Below are positions 17,416 through 24,324 of a DNA stretch of 34,550 nt, piece by piece; position 1 is the first letter of the stretch; each line of letters starts with the position of its first letter. Location: NCBI GenBank assembly GCA_964531215.1, contig CAZHFK010000004.1:1-34550 (forward strand), read 5' to 3'. A program made the translations under genes and the position numbers. The stretch is from an uncultured Gammaproteobacteria bacterium. GTDB lineage: Bacteria; Patescibacteriota; Patescibacteriia; CAIXNZ01. The notes beneath the pieces are model-generated. The model ran no database searches and was not told the DNA's origin. It saw only the letters and a list, made by a program, of their open reading frames with translations.

Positions 17416-18456
17416 TCAATGAAGCCAGAATAAATTTTTCAAATCCTTGCCCAGCTTATAAGCATTCGCGTGCGACAAAACTCCTAGATATGATTGTAGC
17501 GATTGCTCTAATCTTACCGCGCTAATTTTACCTTTTTTATATTCATCAATCCTTGCGCCCAATTTCTTAAAAATCCGCTTTTTTGTTTTAGATCTGATAA
17601 GCCGGTGATGCGGCCTTAAAACATAACCCAAAAAATCAATGCCTTGGGAAAATTTGCGGATGCTTATTTTATTTGGGTGCAGCCTCAAATCAAGATTGTT
17701 ATTTAAGAATTTTTTAATCTCTAAATTTATAAGCTTCAAATAAGCCGTATCGTCTGCGGCTATGACAAAATCATCAGTATAACGAACATAAAATTTAACT
17801 TTTAAAATCTGCTTTACGAATTGATCCAGCTCATTAAGATAAATGTTGGCAAATAGCTGGGAAGTTAAATTACCGATAGGAATACCTCGTCGCTCAAATA
17901 AGGCAGAGTAATTTGTTTGGTAGCTCCCAATAATCTCTTTAATCAGCCAAATAACGTCCCTGTCTTTAATTTTGCGGCAGATAATCTCCAGTAAAATTTT
18001 ATGATTCACCGTATCAAAAAATTTTTTAATGTCGCATTTTAATGCATAGCACGGCTTGTGTCCATTGTCGCTGACTTGGCGCAGTATTTTAACTAAAGCT
18101 TCCACTCCTTTATGCGTACCCTTACCAATACGGCAAGAGAAGGAATTCGGGATAAAAGCTACTTCAAAAACTGAATTTAGAACAGAAAAAATTGCATGAT
18201 GCAAAACCCTATCCCTGACTTCTGCCTTGTAAATATGCCGCTGTTTTGGGTCATTGATGTAAAATGAGGTATAGGGGCTATGCCCATATGTTTTGGCTGC
18301 TAATTCTTCGTGCAATTTAAAGATGTTTTCTTCCAAATTCCATTCAAACTCCAAAACGTCCTTTTTCTTTCTTTTGTCTTTTTTAAATTCGTCCCAAGCT
18401 GAAAATAAATTTTCCAAGGATATAATTTTATTAAATAATTCATTGTAAAAACGCAT
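17416..18456 (-). CDS. DGR reverse transcriptase
   Basis: RDRVLHHA, SCRIGKGTH, KCDIKKFFD, GIPIGNLTSQLFANIYL, YVRYTDDFV, GIDFLGY; 346 aa with no maturase/endonuclease domain. Confidence 0.96.
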   Translation of the reverse strand: MRFYNELFNKIISLENLFSAWDEFKKDKRKKKDVLEFEWNLEENIFKLHEELAAKTYGHSPYTSFYINDPKQRHIYKAEVRDRVLHHAIFSVLNSVFEVAFIPNSFSCRIGKGTHKGVEALVKILRQVSDNGHKPCYALKCDIKKFFDTVNHKILLEIICRKIKDRDVIWLIKEIIGSYQTNYSALFERRGIPIGNLTSQLFANIYLNELDQFVKQILKVKFYVRYTDDFVIAADDTAYLKLINLEIKKFLNNNLDLRLHPNKISIRKFSQGIDFLGYVLRPHHRLIRSKTKKRIFKKLGARIDEYKKGKISAVRLEQSLQSYLGVLSHANAYKLGKDLKNLFWLH

Positions 18457-18840
18457 ATGGAAATTTTAGAAGCGCCGATTTATAAAAAAATCGTTGATCT
18501 TTACAAAACCCTGCATCTTTACAGGAATTCAATCCCTAAACAGGACCGCTTTACTATCTGGCAAAGATGCGAAAATACAGCGATTGAGATTTTAAACCTA
18601 TTGCTTTTATGCGCGCAACTGTCCAAAGAGCAAAAACTCGCGGAAATGGAGAACTTAAGCCGCCAATTAAACATTTTGAGAGTCTTGCTAAGGGTGGCAA
18701 AAGAGGTCAGGACAATTGACAATAAAAAGTACGTCCATCTGCAGATGATAATTGATGAAATTGGCAGACAGCTGGGTGGCTGGATAAAGTCGGTTAAAAA
18801 TCCTAAAGAAAATACCCCCGCTAAGGGCGAGGGCATTTAG
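18457..18840 (+). CDS. avd: DGR accessory variability determinant (Avd-like four-helix bundle)
   Basis: 127 aa, basic; IPKQDRFTI..R, LRVLLRVA, IDEIGRQLGGWIK; adjacent to TR and RT. Confidence 0.88.
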   Translation: MEILEAPIYKKIVDLYKTLHLYRNSIPKQDRFTIWQRCENTAIEILNLLLLCAQLSKEQKLAEMENLSRQLNILRVLLRVAKEVRTIDNKKYVHLQMIIDEIGRQLGGWIKSVKNPKENTPAKGEGI

Positions 18841-19265
18841 ACTGGTAAGAAAAAGAAGTTCCCAACGAGCGCGACGCGCAGGTTTTGATTGGAGTTGTCA
18901 TTCCAGTTGTTGTTGACATTGAGCCCATTGGCATTGAAATTGCCGACATTGACTCGGTTGCCATTGGAGTCCAGCGAAAATTTACCCGCTTCCATCATTA
19001 ATCACTGAAAGTTGAAGTTTACGTCCTTTTCAGAATTATATCTTCTCCTCTCTGTATTTTATTTGGGAGCAAAATCTTAGATAAACCAAGACGTCTCCGC
19101 CAGAAACGGGCAAGAAGTTCTTTTTCTATCTTTAATTGCGCGCTACCTGGCTCCGTAAAGACAGGTACTCTAGCAATCCCTAAGATAGGGACTTGGCGAG
19201 CTTGAGCCTTAACCCAAACTACATTAGCCAAGCCCAGAACCAGAATCGGTTCTGGGCAAGCAGTC
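18810..19265 (-). ncRNA. Inferred TR-containing DGR RNA (ends approximate)
   Basis: Extended -10 at 19273-19281, 5' hairpin 19232-19257, TR, 3' stem-loop 18813-18835. Confidence 0.5.
18864..18979 (-). repeat. DGR template repeat (TR)
   Basis: 116 bp with 14 AAY codons in the target frame (SLDSNGNRVNVGNFNANGLNVNNNWNDNSNQNLRVALV). Confidence 0.96.
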
Positions 19266-19272
19266 CATCTTT

Positions 19273-19281
19273 ATTATAACA
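19273..19281 (-). promoter_or_regulatory. Extended -10 promoter for the TR(-RT) transcript
   Basis: TGTTATAAT on minus strand just after the target-gene terminator. Confidence 0.6.
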
Positions 19282-19282
19282 A

Positions 19283-19326
19283 AATTTAAAAAATCCCGCA
19301 TCATATTTTGCATACAATGCGGGATT
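19283..19326 (-). terminator. Hairpin/terminator downstream of DGR target gene
   Basis: aatcccgcat-15 nt-atgcgggatt followed by a T-run on the minus strand. Confidence 0.7.
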
Positions 19327-19400
19327 GCTATTTTCTCATTTTCTGAAATTGAATTCAAGATTCAATTTTCAAAAAATCAAGAAAGTCAATGACTCAAGGA

Positions 19401-20192
19401 TCAATTTTCAAACTTCCGAACGAGCGCGACGCGCAGGTAAGGATTGGAGTAGTCATACCAGCCGTCGTAGACATTGAGCCCATCGGCATCGAAATCGCCG
19501 ACACTGACTCGGTAGCCATAGGAGTCCAGCGAAATGCCCCGGTGCCACCAGTCTTCGGCGATCCGCTCTCCATTATTGACCATGTAAATGGTCAAAATGG
19601 TTTCGCTAAAGACAGCCTCATGGCAACGTTCGTACTCTTTGCCAAGTTTGTCAATCTCTCTTTCCTTCTGCTTCCAGTTCAGGTTAGCGAACTGGCCGCG
19701 AAAATTGATGAGATAATAGCCGGGTTGGGCTTTATGGGTCGCCCATTTGTCTTCCGAACGTTCCAGCCACCAGGTGTTATCTTTGTAAAAACAGGGTTGG
19801 CTGTTTTGGCTGGTTCCGCGCTTGTCGTGCTGTTCTCGCAAGCTCAGGCCAAAGCAGTAGACTACTCGCCAGTCCTCGCCGCTTTTGTTTTGCTCTGCGC
19901 AGGCGCGCAGAGTCGCCTCACTGTAGCGGATGGCCATATCCTTTGGATCTTCCTTTATCCAGGCTTTGGCCGCCTGGTCCGCGGAGATGACTTTGTTCTG
20001 GCCGAGGATGTCTATGGCCTGTTCCAAGGTCAGAGAAACGTCAGAGGTTTCAGTCTGCGGCTTCTTCTCCAGAAAATTCTGCAAAACCGCCACAAACTCT
20101 TCCGGATCATGCGTCCCATCCAGAATGCCCTTTCCGATCTGTGTTTCCAGACTCCAAATCCTGCTCCTTATTTTTTCACTTACTTTCGGCAT
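19401..20192 (-). CDS. DGR target (variable) protein with C-terminal VR, presumably C-type-lectin-like fold
   Basis: AAAAGGAGG SD; the last ~43 codons contain the VR; GC-rich; no signal peptide seen. Confidence 0.92.
   Translation of the reverse strand: MPKVSEKIRSRIWSLETQIGKGILDGTHDPEEFVAVLQNFLEKKPQTETSDVSLTLEQAIDILGQNKVISADQAAKAWIKEDPKDMAIRYSEATLRACAEQNKSGEDWRVVYCFGLSLREQHDKRGTSQNSQPCFYKDNTWWLERSEDKWATHKAQPGYYLINFRGQFANLNWKQKEREIDKLGKEYERCHEAVFSETILTIYMVNNGERIAEDWWHRGISLDSYGYRVSVGDFDADGLNVYDGWYDYSNPYLRVALVRKFEN
19419..19534 (-). repeat. DGR variable repeat (VR)
   Basis: 101/116 identical to TR; all 15 mismatches at TR adenines. Confidence 0.96.
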
Positions 20193-20285
20193 TGCTCATG
20201 CCCTCCTTTTGTTCTTGCCCATTACTCATGGGGTTAGAGGTGTCTTGTTATTCGGTTGATAAATTACACGCTATTTTCATATAAA

Positions 20286-20314
20286 ATTATAGCATATTAT
20301 CTTAAAAAAGTCAA
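20286..20314 (-). promoter_or_regulatory. sigma70 promoter of DGR target gene
   Basis: TTGACT-17 bp-TATAAT with TGn extension. Confidence 0.8.
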
Positions 20315-20352
20315 CCCACAACCTAGTAATTTAACTAACTTTATATAAAAAC

Positions 20353-20402
20353 TAAAATTTGAGCCAATAAAACCGGCACCGCCGGTAACTAATAATTTCA
20401 TA
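20353..20402 (-). pseudogene. Orphan rmlB 5' fragment (direct repeat, right copy)
   Basis: Encodes MKLLVTGGAGFIGSNF, then diverges and stops after 34 codons. Confidence 0.9.
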
Positions 20403-20405
20403 TAT

Positions 20406-20473
20406 TTTTAGCTTAGAGCTTCAAGCATTGGACTTTAGTCAAAAAACTCAAAGCTTATTACTCATAGCCCAGA
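20406..20473. repeat. Inverted array of degenerate heptamers
   Basis: ttttagc ttagagc ttcaagc ... actcaaa gcttatt actcata gcccaga. Confidence 0.5.
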
Positions 20474-20532
20474 ACCAATTATTATGTTAAAATATATGTA
20501 TAATTTATCATAAAAATTTATTAAAATCAATT

Positions 20533-21009
20533 ATGAAAATTCCCATTAGAAAAGGTTTTAGTTTTGGTCTGACCTCAGCTGTGATTACCACCTTGGGCAT
20601 TATAGTCGGCTTAAATGCTTCAACCCAATCAAAGGTAGCTGTTATTGGCGGTATTTTATCAATCGCCATTGCTGATGCTTTTGCCGATGCTCTTGGCATT
20701 CATATTGCCGAAGAATCAGAACTAAATAAAGAGACCAAATTCCAATGGGTAGCTGCTATATCTGCTTTTTTAACCAAGCTTGTTTTTGCTTTAACTTTTA
20801 TTTTGCCTATTTTGTTTTTAAGTGATGAACAAGCGATTATTGTCAGTTTAATTTGGGGGCTGGGACTATTAAGTATTTTTTCTTATTATTTGGCTAAAAA
20901 ACAAAAAATCCAGCCCTGGAAAGCCATTGCTGAACATGTTTTAATTGCCATTGCCGTAATTATAATCACGCATTTTGTCGGTCAATGGATTCGTCAATTT
21001 TTTATTTAA
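20533..21009 (+). CDS. VIT1/CCC1-like membrane protein
   Basis: FSFGLTSAVITTLG, IAIADAFADALGIHIAEESE, multiple TM segments. Confidence 0.78.
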   Translation: MKIPIRKGFSFGLTSAVITTLGIIVGLNASTQSKVAVIGGILSIAIADAFADALGIHIAEESELNKETKFQWVAAISAFLTKLVFALTFILPILFLSDEQAIIVSLIWGLGLLSIFSYYLAKKQKIQPWKAIAEHVLIAIAVIIITHFVGQWIRQFFI

Positions 21010-21457
21010 TTAAATCAAAATTTCCATTAATAATTACGGGGCGCATGCCTTTAATTTCTTCAAAATAAGAAACTTTCTCAGGAATCGGTTTTAGCAAATA
21101 AATTGTCTTTTTTAACCAGCAAGCCACACCCATTTCCATTAAAGTATTCCCGCCAATATAACCGGGGATATTATTTTTGTCATAATTTAAAACTAAAATA
21201 CAATCAGCCTGACCGACTTTATCAAAATGCCAATTGATAGCTTCTTTTTTCCTCTGCCAAACCCAATCATCATTATCACCTTTTTCAATCATATTTTTGC
21301 GAATTTGATAATATTCTTCAACCGGAATAAAATCACCCGTCTCATTTTTCACCTGATGAGGCGGAATTAAAACTTGATGGCCAATTGCTTCAAGTTTTTC
21401 TTTCACTTCAATAACCTGAGGCCAAAATTTTATTGAGGCACAAATTGTGATAATCAT
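21002..21457 (-). CDS. Hypothetical protein, nucleoside 2-deoxyribosyltransferase-like fold (start revised to MIITICAS)
   Basis: ITICAS, HFDKV..ADCILVLN, GYIGGNTLMEMG.A. Confidence 0.65.
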   Translation of the reverse strand: MIITICASIKFWPQVIEVKEKLEAIGHQVLIPPHQVKNETGDFIPVEEYYQIRKNMIEKGDNDDWVWQRKKEAINWHFDKVGQADCILVLNYDKNNIPGYIGGNTLMEMGVACWLKKTIYLLKPIPEKVSYFEEIKGMRPVIINGNFDLIK

Positions 21458-21476
21458 ATTTTTTTCATTTAAAAAT

Positions 21477-22625
21477 CTATTTTTTGAATTTTTCAATAAA
21501 TCTTCTAAGTATATCTTCGAATAGTTCGACGTCTTTGTTTTTTGCCTTTTCAAGAACTCTTTTATATTCTTTGATAAAAATTTGCAAATTTTGATCAAGA
21601 CTTGAGATTAAATTTTCATCACCGCTAAATAAATATTTTTCTAAACTATTTATTTCTTTTATAATATTTTTAATTAAAGTTTCTGACTCTGATTTATTTA
21701 AGTGACTGACTATGTCTTTCATAGCCTCATTAAGCTCGCCATGTATAAAATTAATTCTAGCAGCTTCTTTTAACATTTCCTCTGTTTCACCAACATCTGA
21801 ATGTCCTAAAAAATAATCTGTATTAATCTTACCAAAATCAGTTTTATCAAAGAATTTTTTAAATTTATTATAATATTTTAGAGCTTCTTCCTTATTATAA
21901 TCATCTTCAGCAGTATTCTTATCTTGTGCTACTGTGTTCAAATAATCAATATTACCAAAAATAGAACCGATAACTTCTTTTTTATCTCTTATAATTATCA
22001 GTCTATAATCTGAAAAAGATTCATTAATTTTTAAAACTGGGACATTATTTAATTCAATAATTTCTGGATTGATTGGTTCAACTATATTATTTATTAAATC
22101 AACATAAACGAACTGTCCATCAGACAATTCAACTATATTTAAAATATGACCGACAGGAATACCATGATAATTTTTTATCCCCGCCTTATCTAACAGAGCT
22201 GATCCTATTAAAGTTGATCCAACACAATTAAACTGACCTGTTTCCCTAAATCTAGCTGGCCATGAATCCCACTTGGATCTTGGTTTTTTATTATTAGTCA
22301 TATAATCATTGACCTGACGTTGGCAGTCTTCAAGAAATTCTAATTCAAGCTTTGCTTTTTTTTCATAGTTAATTTCAGTTTCTATTTTACTAATTATTTT
22401 TTGAGAAGCTGCTATTCCCCAATCAGAAATAATATCATTGATTTCAGACATCAAACTATCATAAAAATATTCTTTTAATTCCCCAATTGAAAGCTTCTCC
22501 ACGTCAGCAGTTAAATTTTCATCCCCTACAATTAAAGCATGCCAAGCATCAATCATAATATCCTTTTCCTCCGGAGGAATTTCTTTGGATTTTGCTAAAT
22601 CATATTTAAATTCGATATTTTCCAT
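21477..22625 (-). CDS. Hypothetical protein, possible transglutaminase-like Cys-His-Asp domain
   Basis: FNCVG...GHILNIV...VYVD spacing. Confidence 0.6.
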   Translation of the reverse strand: MENIEFKYDLAKSKEIPPEEKDIMIDAWHALIVGDENLTADVEKLSIGELKEYFYDSLMSEINDIISDWGIAASQKIISKIETEINYEKKAKLELEFLEDCQRQVNDYMTNNKKPRSKWDSWPARFRETGQFNCVGSTLIGSALLDKAGIKNYHGIPVGHILNIVELSDGQFVYVDLINNIVEPINPEIIELNNVPVLKINESFSDYRLIIIRDKKEVIGSIFGNIDYLNTVAQDKNTAEDDYNKEEALKYYNKFKKFFDKTDFGKINTDYFLGHSDVGETEEMLKEAARINFIHGELNEAMKDIVSHLNKSESETLIKNIIKEINSLEKYLFSGDENLISSLDQNLQIFIKEYKRVLEKAKNKDVELFEDILRRFIEKFKK

Positions 22626-22631
22626 ATTTTT

Positions 22632-23036
22632 TTAATAATCTATTTTTCTTCTTAATTTCTTTTTCTCAGCCACTTTCTTTTTTTGTTGAAGTCTTTTTTC
22701 TTTGGCTGATTTACTGGGTTTAGTCAGAATGCGTTTTTTTCGCAGCTGTAAAGCCCGATTAACCAAATTATTTAATTTGATAATTGCTTCTTTTCTATTT
22801 TGAGCTTGAGAACGTTGGTCTTGAGCTGAAACAACTAATTCGCCTTTTTCATTAATGCGGTTATAAAGTTTATGCAAAATCTTATATTTTTGCTCAGGAG
22901 TTAAAATTTGCGAATTATAAACATCCCATTTTAATGTTACTTTTGTACTGGTTTTATTCAAATACTGACCGCCCCTCCCCCCACTACGAGAAAAAGTTAT
23001 CAATAATTCGTTTTCCGGAACCTTAAACTCTGGCAT
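22632..23036 (-). CDS. arfB: Alternative ribosome-rescue peptidyl-tRNA hydrolase
   Basis: FSRSGGRGGQYLNK, RSQAQNR, basic C-terminal tail. Confidence 0.93.
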   Translation of the reverse strand: MPEFKVPENELLITFSRSGGRGGQYLNKTSTKVTLKWDVYNSQILTPEQKYKILHKLYNRINEKGELVVSAQDQRSQAQNRKEAIIKLNNLVNRALQLRKKRILTKPSKSAKEKRLQQKKKVAEKKKLRRKIDY

Positions 23037-23056
23037 AATATTATTTTCTTAAAAAA

Positions 23057-23473
23057 TTAAGCCAACTGATTTTTAATTTTTTGAGCGATTTCTTCGGCTT
23101 CATTTTCTTCATACTGCTTACCCGGCCATTGAGTCAAGCCATCGCCTGATTTTCTTGGAATAATGTGCCAGTGTAAATGTGGGATAATCTGTCCGGCTAA
23201 GCGACCATTATTCAATTGCACATTAAAAGCATCGTACTCGTCAAAAGCTAAAATAATACCGGCTGCAACTTTGCGGGTAACCAAAATCATTTCTTGTAAA
23301 ATATTGTCATCAGCTGACAATAAATCATCATAATGTTTTTTAGGCGTAATTAAAGTATGTCCAGGATTAACAGGGTTGATATCCAAAAAAGCAATCACAT
23401 TTTCCGATTCATAAACTTTATGTGCCGGCTCTTCTCCGGCTGCTATTTTACAAAATAAATCGTCATTAGGCAT
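23057..23473 (-). CDS. HIT family hydrolase
   Basis: AFLDINPVNPGHTL, GQIIPHLHWHIIPR. Confidence 0.95.
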   Translation of the reverse strand: MPNDDLFCKIAAGEEPAHKVYESENVIAFLDINPVNPGHTLITPKKHYDDLLSADDNILQEMILVTRKVAAGIILAFDEYDAFNVQLNNGRLAGQIIPHLHWHIIPRKSGDGLTQWPGKQYEENEAEEIAQKIKNQLA

Positions 23474-23495
23474 AATTTTTTTATTTAATAATTAA

Positions 23496-23948
23496 TTAAT
23501 CTATTTTAAACGGTGAATTTTGATCATGTTCCCATCTAATTTCGTCTACTTCTGATTTTTTGAATTTACCGGCATAAAGTTTGTCGGGTAAATTAATGGA
23601 ATAAGCCGGCTTTTCAGAAATACATTTATAACCATGAACAACGCCTGGCGGCACCAAAACAGCAACAGGATTTTTTTCACCCACTTCAATAATCCGGTTT
23701 TGACCATAAGTTTCAGAAGATTTACGATTATCCCACAAATATAAAGCAAAATCACCGGGTCCCACAAAAACAAAAAAATCAGCTTGCTCTTTATGCTCAT
23801 GCGGGCCCCTACTAACACCGGGATTGGTCACAGAAACATAACTCATGACCGGCTGATAATCCATCTCGTCATTACGATAAACTTCTGCCAGCCAGCCTCT
23901 TTCATCTTCAAATTTTTTTAAATTTTTAATAATAACATCTTTAATCAT
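23496..23948 (-). CDS. rmlC: dTDP-4-dehydrorhamnose 3,5-epimerase family cupin
   Basis: DERGWL, RGPHEH, WDNRKSSETYG, VPPGVVHGY. Confidence 0.88.
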   Translation of the reverse strand: MIKDVIIKNLKKFEDERGWLAEVYRNDEMDYQPVMSYVSVTNPGVSRGPHEHKEQADFFVFVGPGDFALYLWDNRKSSETYGQNRIIEVGEKNPVAVLVPPGVVHGYKCISEKPAYSINLPDKLYAGKFKKSEVDEIRWEHDQNSPFKID

Positions 23949-23949
23949 A

Positions 23950-24324
23950 TTAACGTCCTTTAAAAATTAAAATTATAAAAAAGAAACAAATCACAAAACC
24001 GGCCAAGCCAATCAAAATACTTAAATAACCAAGCTGACTGGTTAAATAAATTAAAACAAAACCGATTAAAATTGCCAATAAAAATATTGTCAAATAATCA
24101 TAAAATTTCAATTTGTTTTCTTGGACCGGCAAAGGACTATATAAAGCGGTAATAATCCCCAATAAAATTAAAATTAATAAGTATAAATCCAAATCAAGAT
24201 AATTAAGAATAATCCGGGGTTTAAGTAATTCCAAAAAAGAAAAAACAATAAATAAAATAAAAAGTATTACAAACAAATCCCTGATAATAATTAAAATTTG
24301 ATCTTTATTTAATTTCATTTTCAT
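23950..24324 (-). CDS. Small 4-TM membrane protein
   Basis: Hydrophobic 124-aa ORF within operon. Confidence 0.7.
   Translation of the reverse strand: MKMKLNKDQILIIIRDLFVILFILFIVFSFLELLKPRIILNYLDLDLYLLILILLGIITALYSPLPVQENKLKFYDYLTIFLLAILIGFVLIYLTSQLGYLSILIGLAGFVICFFFIILIFKGR

Larger units (their letters stand above)
17371..20352. mobile_element. Diversity-generating retroelement cassette (target-VR, TR, avd, RT)
   Basis: RT, Avd and TR/VR pair with adenine-only mismatches, bounded by a 50-bp direct repeat. Confidence 0.93.

Noticed and set aside
17416-18456. RT as group II intron, retron or CRISPR-associated RT
   Set aside because: No maturase/endonuclease extension and no cas genes. The TR/VR pair and Avd identify a DGR.
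18519-18836. 105-aa minus-strand ORF antisense to avd
   Set aside because: The plus-strand frame carries the Avd motifs and this frame has none.
19019-19231. 70-aa ORF upstream of TR
   Set aside because: Non-ATG start, no SD or motif. More likely part of the DGR RNA leader, though not excluded.
19389-20237. 282-aa plus-strand ORF (and 19930-20259) over the DGR target
   Set aside because: Antisense shadow of a GC-rich gene. The promoter, SD and AAY-codon frame all support the minus-strand ORF.
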